64,000 nucleotides of DNA. Source: Ministeria vibrans ATCC 50519 (taxonomy: Eukaryota > Protista > Filasterea). This document shows positions 13,763 through 37,580 of this stretch, piece after piece. Position numbers and translations under genes: made by a program. How positions within the stretch are numbered: the stretch's first letter is position 1; each line of letters opens with the position of its first letter. The notes under the pieces were generated by a model that saw nothing but the letters and a program-made list of their open reading frames with translations, had not been told where the DNA came from and made no database searches. The DNA is taken from the NCBI GenBank assembly GCA_943704425.1, contig CALSCP010000313.1, forward strand, positions 246,410 through 310,409, read 5' to 3'.

Positions 13763-14808
13763 TCAGTAGTAGCGAGAGACGTAGAGAGTGCGCGAGTCGG
13801 GCTTGTAGTGAATGCGGTGAGGGCGATGGGGCGGGAGTAGCAGTGCATGGTCCTGGCCAAGCACAATAGACGCTGCATCGTCCACGTCCACTTGCACTTC
13901 CCCACGCAAGACCAACAACCACACCTGTTGCAATGGAAATGATAAAAAAAAACATTCAATATGGTGATGCTCTGCAACACCTTCTCGCTCTCACTTGACA
14001 TATCTCTCTTTATCACTTTTTTTTCTAACTCTCTACCATTTTCTCTACCACTTTCTCCTCTCTCTATCATTTTGTTTCTTTCTCTCTATCAGTTTCTCTC
14101 TATCATTTTGTTTCTTTCTCTCTATCAGTTTCTCTCTATCATTTTGTTTCTTTCTCTCTATCATCTTGTTTCTTTCTCTCTATCAGTTTCTCTCTATCAT
14201 TTTGTTTCTTTCGCTCTATCATTTTGTTTCTTTCTCTATCATTGTGTTTCTTTCTCTCTATCATTTCGTAACTTTCTCTCTATCATTGTGTTTCTTTCTC
14301 TCTATCATTTCGTAACTTTCTCTCTATCATTAGTTTCTTTCTCTATCATTTTGTTTCTTTCTCTCTATCATTTTGTTTCTTTCTCTCTCATCACTCTTCC
14401 CTTTTGTGTCTCTCTGCGGTGTACCTCGTGTTTCAACGTGGTTGGCTCTGTGGGTGCTTCACGGGCCCCGCCGCACACGTTCACTTTAAACTACACACGC
14501 AAAATGTTAAGATCGACTTGGAACCGCTGAGCGTACTTCACATTCGCCTGAGAATAGGGGCAGTACTGCGCCATCGACAGAGAGCGCGTCGTCGTGCGAT
14601 TCAACCCAATTGGCCAGATGGAACGGCGCCGGGTGTGTCGCACTGTCGACAAAAGGCACAGTCGCCCCTAGGAAGATCGACCACACAATGTATTAAAATA
14701 AATGTACATGAAAGCGAAGAAATAAAGCGTAACACAATGCTTCCACCATAGCCCAGCACCAAAAAAAAAAAAAAAAAAAAAAAACATGAAGCGCCCGTAG
14801 ACCCCCCA

Positions 14809-14843
<35 letters not shown>

Positions 14844-16006
14844 GGTCTAGCAGCGAGCGTACAATACAATGGTACTTGTACATTTTTCATACCATCGGGG
14901 AACTTTAGTCCATCTGTTTCCGCAACGTCTTGCTTTGAGGGATGTTGATCGAGCACGCTAATGAAGATTAACACAACACATATAGAATGGTGACATGTGG
15001 ACACGAGGTGAGTTGTGCACTCGGCGATGTCGTAAAATTTACTTGCAATGCGGGCAACCACGCTTGCGCTCGTCTGCGTAGTATCCTTCAATGACAGGTT
15101 TCAACTGGGTGCCTACAAGAGAGGATCACAACGTGATGCTAGAGATTGCCAAAGAAAAACAAACATAAAAAACGCACCAAGATCGACACAGTGGAAGCTG
15201 TCCTCGTACACAATGCGTCGACAGGCACCGCAAAACCATCTCAAGAAATCACGCTCGCTCTCGGTGCGAGTTCGCTCGACAACAAGGCCTACAACCGTAA
15301 GTGTGCATCAGAGGAACATACGTCACACATACGCGCCACAGACACACACCACAGACACAGACCGCAGACACAGGCCACACACACAGGCCACATACACCAC
15401 AGACACACGCCACATACACAAACACATACACACGCACCACAAAGCCTCACACACACACAAGACAAAGACACACACACACACCACAAAGACACACACACAT
15501 GTACCCCATGCGTGCACACGTACCAACCGTATCGGGGTTGCGCTGCGGTGAGTGCGGCACCCGCGCAGGATGCAGGTAGATGTGCCCTTCGCCGATGACC
15601 ACATCCTTAAACGTGTCTCCGTCCTGTATTTTCAACGTCATATCGCCTTTCCGCTGAAGAAACAGCTCCTACACAGACGAGTCCAGCAGCGGCGGGTCAG
15701 CATACACAACACAGCGGCGCTGAGAGGGCAGCAGCGACGCACGACAACCCTCGCACCTCGCCCTCATTCACGTGAAAGTCCGTGCGGATATTGGGGCCAC
15801 CGACCCACATAATCTTTAGATCGCAGTCAGTGCCGGCCATGAGCTTGTTGCAGACCGGTGGGCTGAACGCATCGCTAGAGAAAAAGGAGAAAAAAGAAAA
15901 GAAAAATACAAAAGTTGGGATTGGAAGTCGAGAGGGAAAAGAGTCAATACGCATTGGAAGCGAGCCAGTCCTTCACGTTGAAGACTTGGCAGTGTGCTGT
16001 AGCCAT
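13763..16006 (-). CDS. HAAO: 3-hydroxyanthranilate 3,4-dioxygenase, two-cupin form, ~9 exons
   Basis: [54 protein letters not shown]; second domain [11 protein letters not shown]...[10 protein letters not shown]...YVSRYY*. Confidence 0.93.
14040..14395. repeat. Complex minisatellite (TCTCTCTATCATTTTGTTTCTT)n in last HAAO intron
   Basis: Tandem ~22-nt units with variants, read directly. Confidence 0.9.
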
Positions 16007-16670
16007 GACACGCGAAGATGAAAACGAGTGGTCAGTCATCAGTGAGTGGACAGTATTCAGTCTTCTATGTGTCATCTGTAAGCAGTGCCGCAGTGGAGCG
16101 ACTTCACACTTTTGACGTTCTTTACGGATCGCTGATGTTGTTCTGGGAAAGTCAGTGAAGTACCTTGAGTCTGTCCTTGACTTTGGTCTTTGTCCTTTGA
16201 TGGTGGCCCAATGAAGCGAATCTGTGGATATGAAGAAAAAAAAAACACTCTGTTAAAGTACGAGACTGACTCATTTTGCCGTATGACGTGTCGAGAAACA
16301 ACTATGCGAAAAGACAGAAGCCAACAGACCCCCTGGCCCACACCAGACTGGATACACCAATTCCCCCTAACACCCATGCATGAAGACTGAAAGAGAGTCC
16401 ACGGAGGAAAGAGCAGATTTCTCGCTTATCACTGGATCCCAGATGAGATTTTTATTTAGTATTTTTTTCTCTCTCTCTTTTTTTTTTTTTTTGCATTGGC
16501 GTTTGATCACGTGCGACCCGTGACCCTGTTCGCGCCCTCCTGTACCCCGTGTCGTCTTTGGAGATCTTCTTTGCAACGCTGTGCTGCCGGGTGTTCTTCG
16601 AAGTGTCTGCGCGTCGATCGATCGGTCATTTCACCCTTCAAAAAAGAGCTGTTAAGTTCACAGTAGAGCA

Positions 16671-21903
<5,233 letters not shown>

Positions 21904-22212
21904 ATTTTATTTTTTATGATATGCGAGCTTCTCTCCGAGATGAATATTAATATTATATATAATACAATATGTATCTGATTAGAACAAGTCATATTTGAAG
22001 TTATAATCTCCAATAGAATTAATCATGTTCGTCATCTCTGATCTCACAATTTAAAATAATATTATTACTGTTATTATTATTGTTATTATTATTGTTATTA
22101 TAGTATTATTAAAATTAATACTTATGACGTTATTATTAATAATAATTATTTTGGAGTTTGATCTTCTCAAAGACTTCTCTAGTTCTCTTCAGTGCAGTAT
22201 TCTCCTTTGGAT

Positions 22213-23455
<1,243 letters not shown>

Positions 23456-23480
23456 GTGTACAGAGGAATAAAAGAAACAT

Positions 23481-23514
<34 letters not shown>

Positions 23515-23587
23515 TAATTATAATAATAAATTAATTATAATAATAATGATATATACATGAAACGCGACGGTTCTGTAACAGAGTAGT

Positions 23588-28489
<4,902 letters not shown>

Positions 28490-28726
28490 GGCCGGCGTGG
28501 TGTCAGGACTCAGGACTCGCCGAGAGACAGGAATACTAAGCGAAGATGATACAAAAATTGATCTCAATCATCTCATTCACATTTAACATATTGTATACAA
28601 TCATAGTCGTTCAAACGAAAGAAAGTAGAGAGGATTCGTGAAAAAGATGAAACAATCTTTTGCTTTGGTATTATTTTATATTCTACTGTACATTCATGAC
28701 AAACGAACGAGGCAATCCAATCGGGA

Positions 28727-29484
28727 TTAGAGCTCTTTAACGTTCGAGCCATAGCCTGAGACGGAGCTAGCTGAACCGCTGGCAAGGAGAGCACCAGCTT
28801 CGTTGTCCTTGATGTCGTTGTCTTCTTCTCCGTCGCCATCGTTTGGACCTTCGTCATGGTCGTCGATGGGAACGTGATCGTTATCAGGAGAGCCTATTTA
28901 AGTTTTGNNNNNNNNNNNNNNNNNNNNNNNNNNNNNNNNNNNNNNNNNNNNNNNNNNNNNNNNNNNNNNNNNNNNNNNNNNNNNNNNNNNNNNNNNNNNN
29001 NNNNNNNNNNNNNNNNNNNNNNNNNNNNNNNNNNNNNNNNNNNNNNNNNNNNNNNNNNNNNNNNNNNNNNNNNNNNNNNNNNNNNNNNNNNNNNNNNNNN
29101 NNNNNNNNNNNNNNNNNNNNNNNNNNNNNNNNNNNNNNNNNNNNNNNNNNNNNNNNNNNNNNNNNNNNNNNNNNNNNNNNNNNNNNNNNNNNNNNNNNNN
29201 NNNNNNNNNNNNNNNNNNNNNNNNNNNNNNNNNNNNNNNNNNNNNNNNNNNNNNNNNNNNNNNNNNNNNNNNNNNNNNNNNNNNNNNNNNNNNNNNNNNN
29301 NNNNNNNNNNNNNNNNNNNNNNNNNNNNNNNNNNNNNNNNNNNNNNNNNNNNNNNNNNNNNNNNNNNNNNNNNNNNNNNNNNNNNNNNNNNNNNNNNNNN
29401 NNNNNNNNNNNNNNNNNNNNNNNNNNNNNNNNNNNNNNNNNNNNNNNNNNNNNNNNNNNNNNNNNNNNNNNNNNNNNNNNNNNN

Positions 29485-29578
<94 letters not shown>

Positions 29579-30529
29579 CGCTCGCTCGCTCGCTTTCGTT
29601 TTACGGTTGATTGGGCTCGATTGCGGTCGGAGAGTAGACTAACATGGAGGGTATCAAGGTCGGAGGAAGGGCAAAAGTGAGAATCTTCAAGGTCGGCGAG
29701 AGACTCTTGGAAGTGGTTGGCGGACGGAAAGAGCAAGTGTCCGTCGAGACGGAAGACCAAGACGCCCGACGGTGGTTTCACCAGCGGGAAATCATTGAGG
29801 GGCACGTAGATGCGCGAACCGGGAGCAGGAAGCTCGCCGACAAGAGATGTGGGAGGTTTGGCGATGTAGTAAAGGGCAATGAGGAGGGTGAAGAGAATAG
29901 CAAGGATCATGCCATACTCGACGCCAAGGAAGAGCACGGCGAGAAACGTGACCACGAGAGTAGAAAAGTCGCGGAAGGAGACGCGCCAGAGCGCCTTGAA
30001 CGAGCGAGGATCAAACATGCTAACAACGGCAGAGATGATGATGGCGGCAAGGGCAGCAGACGGAATAAATTGGAAGCTGGGAGTGAGGGCCACAAGAGAA
30101 ATAATCACGACGATGCCGGTGAAGAGGCCGCCGAGTGGAGTGCGCACGCCCGACTGTGAGTTGACGGCGGTGCGACTGAAGCTACCGGTGACGGGATAGG
30201 CGCTGAAGAAGGAGCCGGCGATGTTGCCCAAGCCAATGGCTACAAGCTCCTGGCTCGGATCCACCGTGTACTTGTTGGCTTTGGCAAACGACTTGCCAAT
30301 TGCAATACTTTCCAAAAAGCCAATGAGTGCCACAACAATGATCCCGGCCCCGATATCCTACAAAAAATGCGATAAGAATAAAAGGAGGGGCAGAGACAAC
30401 ACAGAGCACCAAAGAAATAAACAGGTGACAACAAGAGACAGAGGAGGGAGGAGAAAGAAACAAAGTAATAGAGAGAAAAAGAATAGTGTGTGTGTGTGTG
30501 ACAAGGCAAGGGAAAGAAAACAACGCGGT

Positions 30530-30562
<33 letters not shown>

Positions 30563-31688
30563 ACGTACGCCAAGTACGCCCGGACTGAGGTCAGGAACCT
30601 CAGGTTTGGGCAGACCTGCAGGCATGGGGCCAATGAGGGTGAGAGGACAAAGAGCAACCGTGCCGTTGGTCATGGTGCCATTAGCGGGCGCTGGCGGTGT
30701 GGGGCAGTTGAAGCCCTGCTGCGAGAGGCCCCAGCCGATGAGACCCGTAACGATAACAAGGATTGCATTGCGAGCTGTGCCAAAAATCCAGAGGACACGC
30801 ATCCGACCACGCTTGCCAGCAACCTTCTTTGTGTAGTGCTTGACAACGACAAGCAGCACAAGGCTGATGATGCCCAGAAGCGCATCGAAAGGGCGCGTGT
30901 ACTTGATGTGAGCGCAAATATCGTAGACGGCCTCATAGAAGGGCCGCCGAGCCTTGATGCCGAAGATGTGGGGTATTTGCCCTAATGGAGATAAACGAGG
31001 AAACGTCAGAGAGCAATCGTCGACGATCACAGTGTGGGCATGCATGGCGGCGTGCGCCTGACAATACCGGTTGCAATGGTGATGGCGGCGGCCGACGTGA
31101 ACCCCGACACGACCGGGTAGGAGATCCAGTACACCAGGAAGCCCAGGCCAAACAGACCCATTAGCAGCTGCGTGATGCCGCCCATGAAGGACATGGCAAT
31201 GGCCAGAGCCGGTCCCTGCGACGCCGGGTATTTCTGCGCGGGATGAGGGTGAGAACAAGGACGAGAAGATAACGAAGAGAAAAAAGAGACGGAAGAAAAA
31301 AAGGAGAGAGTGACAGTTAAAGGGAGAAGGGGATGGGCTTGTGTAGAGGCGATGGTCCACGACGGAGAGATACCGAAAGGGTCGACGCGACGAGGAGGCT
31401 CATGATGGCCGTGGGGCCCAGGGTGACATCCTTGGCGGTGCCAAAGACCACATAGAGGAAGGGGCCCATGAAGGACGAGTACAGGCCGTATTCGGCAGGC
31501 AGATCGGCGACTTTGGCGTATGCAAGGGCCTGCGGCACAACCATCATGCCGATGGTCAGGCCCGCAAGGAGGTCGCCGACAATCTTGTTGAGAGTGTACT
31601 TTGGCAACCATTTGCCTATGGGAAAGCGCGCCGCGGTGTACCGCCGAATCTCCGCCGCCGGGTCCACGTACTTGCCCAAGATGTGCAT
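28727..31688 (-). CDS. SLC26/SulP anion transporter (SLC26A11-like) with STAS domain; partly in gap
   Basis: [69 protein letters not shown]. Confidence 0.92.
28908..29484. other. Assembly gap
   Basis: Run of N next to a (CT)n tract. Confidence 1.
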
Positions 31689-31919
31689 GCAAAACGATCA
31701 ATGAGTGTACTGTGCATTACTGCATTTTTGCAGCGATATTCCATCAAACGAGATCACAAATGCGTTTTGGTGATCCTTTGAAGTTTGACCTTTTGCCTTT
31801 TACTTGTTCTAACTCGACTCTTGACGGTCCTTTTTTTTCCCTTGATTCTACAGTAAGACGCTTGGTGCTTGATGCATGCATGTACGCGCGTGCCCTAACC
31901 ATGCTGGGTCGTAGGTACA

Positions 31920-32067
31920 ATGGCGAAGCGTACGAAGAAGGTTGGCGTCGTCGGCAAATACGGACCCCGGTAAGACGCTGCTCCTGCGCTCTATTCGGCG
32001 TGCCGAGTGCCATTGTTGCTATGGGGTTGCGCGCGAGAACGTGTTCACGCAACCGCAATTCAAGCGG

Positions 32068-32123
<56 letters not shown>

Positions 32124-33040
32124 AAAAAAAAAACGACTTTGAACGCGAGACACATGTCCCTTTACTATGACCCTACCCATGTGGTCGGTTGACAGCGCTA
32201 CGCCCCACTCGCTGGCCCTGGGTGCGTTTACGCCTCGTATTTGACGACATGTGTATCACTTCTCTTTTTTTTTTTTTTTGTTCTTTTCTCTCTCGCGAGC
32301 TGCTTGCTTCCCTGCAGAACCTCAAACGTTTTGCGATCATGAGGTTCCCCAACATTGTCATTTTGCATGGCCAACGGTGGAAGCAAACTGTGTTTGAACG
32401 ATACTGTGGAATTGTGGATGTATTGGGGCTTGTGGCGTATGGTCGAGGCGACAGAAAAAACTTTGATGGAAGACCCTTGCGTTGGGGTGTACGGGCACGA
32501 TAGAGCCGGTGTGCGGGTGGGGGTGGGGGTGTGTGTGGGCGTGGGTGTGCTTAGAGACCGAGTGACAGAGGGTGTGTGTGTGTGTGGCTGTGTCTGTCGG
32601 TCTGTAAAGGTGTCTGACTTTTTTTTTTCTTCTTTTTTTTTTTTCTCCTCTTCTTCGTTTTGTTTTTGACAGATACGGTGCGTCGCTCCGAAAGATCTGC
32701 AAGAAGATTGAGATCACCTCCAAGTCTAAGTACACGTGCCATTTCTGCGGCAAGGTAATCGCTGAGAAGGGAGGGCAGTAGAGTTTTGTGTGTTCTAACG
32801 GGTGAGTTGACTTGTCGTGACAGGACTCTGTCAAGCGAAGTGCTGTCGGTATCTGGAACTGCAAGGGCTGCGGCAAGTCGATCGCTGGCGGTGCTTACAC
32901 CCTCAAGTAAGTTTGTGATACTGTGATGCTTCGAAGGAGGTAGTTCTTATATGCTTCTTTCTGTTTTTGTCTATTTTAGCACCATGGCTGCTGTCGCTGT
33001 GCGCACCACCCTCCGTCGTCTTCGTGACACCGCTGAGTAA
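31920..33040 (+). CDS. RPL37A: 60S ribosomal protein eL43/L37a (4 coding exons, plus a 5'UTR intron ~31853-31914)
   Basis: Spliced [31 protein letters not shown]...YTCHFCGK...[19 protein letters not shown]. Missed by the ORF track. Confidence 0.97.
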
Positions 33041-33360
33041 AACATAAACTGCCCCTTCTTTGTGTTTTTTAAACAAATAAGTTTGCACATGTATGATGTG
33101 TACTGAGTGTGACAAGCGTGATTCGAGACGCAAGTGACTTTCAACAATGAATTGCAACGCAGTAGACGTTGGTGAAGCGAACGTTCGGGGTATCAAGCAA
33201 GAAGCTCTTTTGAGGATTAAGCACCAATTGGAGTGGTCAGGCTGAACTCGTGAAGCAGTCTCGGACTCTAAATTGACTCATCAATAACTCGAGAATATTA
33301 ATTAATGATAATATTTTTTAATTTTTAAATCATTTAATTTTCGCACGTTCGCTTTGTTTC

Positions 33361-35945
33361 ATGCCTGCCAGAAAACGAAAGGCGAGCGAGAGTACGGGGA
33401 AACACCTAACGCCAGGGACCGGATCGGGGGCGGACAGGGCCAATTCGTCAGGGCGCAGTAAAAGCACGACGGCAACATTGTCGTCGTGCAGCGCGTCGAA
33501 TGCACTCTCCCGCCTTGCGACGCGTCTGGATGTGGAACAAGACGATGAGTTGGTGCTGGTGGTGGGGCCTGAACTGCGAGAAGAGGCGACGCGTGCCGCT
33601 GCAGAACTGTTTGAAGTTTTGTCTTCGGCCGAGCCGGTGCGCCGCGTGTGTCCTCTCTCTACGCTCGTACGTTTTTAAGATACCGTAGTATGTTGGCGTG
33701 TCTTCCCCTTGTGACCGTGTTGGTATGCTATTGTTCTAGGCAACGCAAGGGCTTGATTGCGAGCAAATTTGGGCCGAGCTCGAATTGCAGAACCGCCCTT
33801 TGATTGAACATCTTCAGCGCGAAAGTGCACGCGACTTTGACGAGATGGCAGAAGAAAGTGAGGAAGATGGTGAATACGACGACAACGACGACGACGACGA
33901 CGACGAGGAGGAGGAGGAGGAGGAGGAGGAGGAGGAGGAAGAGAGCGAAGAGGACGGTATGAGCGAAGAGGAGAGCGCTGAGGAGGATGCGAGTGACGCA
34001 ATGGAGGAAGGTAGTGGGGAGGAGAGTGACGAGGACGGGGATGAAGATGAGAATCGATTCAAGAAGAAGAAGAGCACGAAGAAGCCTTGGTCAAGAATGT
34101 CGAGCGCGGCCGACGATGAGTTTTTCCGTCTGGCGGATATGAAACACTTTGTGTTGGCGCAGGAGCGTGCCGAACGTGTCAACGAACGTCGACTGGCACA
34201 AAAGAGACAGTCGGGTGGGGAGAACGAAGATGATGAGGAGGACGACGATGATATCTTCAGTGACGACGATGCCAATGCTGGGAATGCATTCATGGCAAAG
34301 GGGCGTAGCGACACTGCGAAGACGCGTGACGACGACGAGGACGACAATGAAGACGACGACGACGGCATCGATTACTTCTCAAGCACACTAGGTGTCGAGA
34401 ACGATGACGACGAAGAGGGACAAGAAGAGGAGGAGGGGGACGACGACGACGAGGTGGAGTTTGGAGAAGCGCTTGCACGGGAGCGCGACACGACGAGCAG
34501 CACGACCACCAAGGCACCGAAGATTTGCTACGAAGACTTTTTTGGGCCCAGATCGGAGGACGAAGAAGAAGAGGAGGAGGAGAGCAAGGGTGAATATGAT
34601 GAGGACGAGGAAGACGACGCGGACGAGGGACACATGAGCAAGAGAAGACGAGTGGAGGCGGAGGAGGAGGAGGAAGAGGAAGAGCGAAACGAGCACGACG
34701 AGGCATTGTCGTCGTTCCAACGACGACAGGATCGACTGGCTGAGGATGTGGCTCGTCTGGAGGAGAGCAACCTGAAAGGACGGTCGTGGCAGCTGCTTGG
34801 TGAAGCGTCGGTCCGCGATCGACCTGTCGGAGCTTTGCTGAGCGAAGACATTGAGTTTGAACGGACGACTCGCGCAGCACCTGTGATTACCGAGGAGACA
34901 ACGCGCACGCTTGAAGACACTATCAAGCAGCGGGTGCTGGACGGTGTCTTTGACGATGTTGTGGCGCGACAGACGTTGGTGCCGTCGGCGATTCCACTGG
35001 TGCGCGAACGACAGAAGCGCGTGCAGGAGATGGAGCTGAGCGACGAGAAGAGCAAGCGGTCGTTGGCCGAAGAGTACGAGGACATGTACGTGCAGGAAGC
35101 GGCCAAGCTGCGTGCAGTGGAGCAGCGCACCCGTGACAAACACTCGGGTGACATCAACGCAGACGGGACGCAGACGGCGAGCGAGCGTGCTCAGGACGCT
35201 GACCACGACGAAGTCCGTCTCATGTTCTCGGCGCTCTGTCGCCAACTTGACGCACTCACCAACTTTGTGCACACACCGCGTCCGCCCGTCCACAGCGAAC
35301 TCAAAGTTGCTAAAGGCGCCGAAGTGCCTGCTATATCTCTCGAGGAAGTCACGCCAGGTATTGAAAATACATATTGGAACGCAATCAGCGTTGGACATGC
35401 TGTGTGTGACATTGACTTTGTCATGTTGTTTCTCTCTGTTTCCTAGGACATGTGGCGGAGACGTCGCTTCTGGCCCCTGGCGAAGTGTATGCCAAACCCA
35501 AGGGTGACGTGACCGGCGACACCGAGATGACCGAGACTGACCGGGCGCGTCACAGACGCGAGAAAAAGCGACGACAGAAGCAGAAGCGAGTTGCACGGGT
35601 ACACAAACTCTTTCAGTTTCTGACCGGTTTTCCAGACGTTCTTTGTGTTCTAACTTTCTTGTTTTTTCTTTGTAGGAGAAGCGCGAAGCAGCTGCCACGG
35701 GGTCTATGAGCAAGCGAGCGGCACAACACAAAGCACAAGAGTTGGCCAAGGGCAATAAGAATATTTCGTTGAGCGGAAGCAAGGGAAGTGATGCAAGCGG
35801 CAGTTTCCGAACGTCGTCTGCCGTCTTTTCGCAATTGCAAGCAGAACAACAAACGTCGTCGTCGAGTCGTGATGCAGCCGCAAAGAAGAAGAAGCTGAAG
35901 GATCAACGCGACAGCAATGCTACTGCTTCGCGTCTCAAGTTGTAA
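33361..35945 (+). CDS. MPP10: U3 snoRNP protein Mpp10
   Basis: EQIWAELELQN, DDEFFRLADM, WQLLGEA...RPVGALL, PVITEETTRTLE, LDALTNF, EEVTP, LLAPGEV, C-terminal LKL*. Confidence 0.93.
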
Positions 35946-36063
35946 AGATAAATAAACAAAAATGTTGCGTTTCTTTGTTATTATTATTATTCTTATTCTT
36001 ATGCAACTTGTCAGGCATGCGACATCTTTCCAATATTATTGATAAAATAATAATAATAATAAC

Positions 36064-36100
<37 letters not shown>

Positions 36101-36152
36101 TTTTTATTATTATTATTACTAAAATATCATAAAGACGTTTTTGCCTTCGCTT

Positions 36153-36281
36153 GCAGTTGAGACAATGAGTCCCTCACGAGCCTAGATCTCGATTCTTGAC
36201 TCATCACTCATGAGTAACATGATCATGAATTCTGATCACTCTTGAGTCTCGAGAGAGACGGAGTGAGTTGAGTCTCAACGC
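36153..36281. promoter_or_regulatory. Palindrome-dense putative promoter of the CEP164-like gene
   Basis: TGACTCA, ACTCATGAGT, CATGATCATG, TCTCGAGA and GTTGAGTCTCAAC within ~130 bp upstream of the ATG. Confidence 0.45.
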
Positions 36282-36368
36282 TCTCTTTGCTTTGGGCTTC
36301 GACTTTTCATCATTGTTCTCATGTTCTCAAATCTCAGTTCTGTGTTCAATATAATTTTAACACGCATC

Positions 36369-37545
36369 ATGTCGACAAAGTTGTCAAGCGTAGCAACGCA
36401 TGCAAGCGGAATACCGAGTAATACGGTGATTTTGGAGGAAGATTTTGACGAAGATTATGAGCCGACCAGTGACGAGATTCGAGAGTATGCTGAGGCGCTC
36501 GGGATGAACGTAGAGGTGAGATGTTTGCTTCGTATACAGTGTCCTTGCATGTGTATCATGTGTGTAGAGTCGAGGGTGGCGCTTAGGCCACAGTTGGTCT
36601 ATTATTTGCACATATCAGGACAGAAAACTAATACTGCTTTGTTTCTGCGTTGCGAAGGACGACTCTGACCTGCTGTGGATTGCGCGGGACGGTCTCAAAG
36701 CACCATTGCCACCTGATTGGAAGCCCTGTCAGACTGGCGAAGGTACGAGCTTTGATTGAACTCTGGAAGGATGTTGGGAACAAATTCGCAAATTTAAAAA
36801 GAAAAAAAAAGATGAACTTAATAACTGACACTGATTGGTGTTCGATGTATATACGACGTGCGTAGATATCTACTACTTCAACTTTAAAACACAAGAGAGC
36901 GTGTGGGACCACCCTTGCGATGCGCACTTTCGCAGCGTGTACGAGGATGAGAAGGCGAAGAAGACAACGTCAACCACTGCGCGCTCAGCAGTAACACGGA
37001 AAGGGTCGGCGACACGTCTCTGGTCCGTGGGCAACGCATCGTCATTAACGCACATTGATCAGGGCGTACGCAACGAGCTCATTGTGAGCGGACAGGAAGA
37101 AGCGGACGATCGTGGGAAGAAGAGCGACGTGCAGTCGAAGAAGCAGGGAGGGGATGAAGGCGCGGATCTCTACAACAACGACTTTGAGTCCGATGACGAA
37201 GAAGAGAACGAGGGAGATGCTATTGATGGTAGCCACAGAGACGAGAAGGTGCTTTCTGATGAACTGGCGGAGCAGGGCATTGAGGAGGATTTGGAGTACA
37301 GGGATGACAGTAGCGAGGAGCACAGCAGTGCGACTAGTGATCTGCATGATGACCGGGCACGCGTCGACTCGCCGTCGAAGTTGGGTGATGTCGATAGCGG
37401 CTCACCTCCAAAGTATGTCGTGGAAGAGCCAGATGAGGAGGAAGAGAAGCATGCTATAAGTGAGCATGACCATGTCGAATTGAGCAAACTAGAGGTTGAA
37501 GGCCGAGGCCGAGGCCGGCGAGGCGAGCAGGATGATGATGATTAT

Positions 37546-37580
<35 letters not shown>

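Noticed and set aside
13890-13910. Possible frameshift in the last HAAO exon
   Set aside because: Recounting the C run (13900-13903) gives an intact frame, [12 protein letters not shown].
36267-36279. GTTGAGTCTCAAC as an RFX X-box upstream of a ciliary gene
   Set aside because: Only the outer GTT/AAC match; the X-box core is missing.
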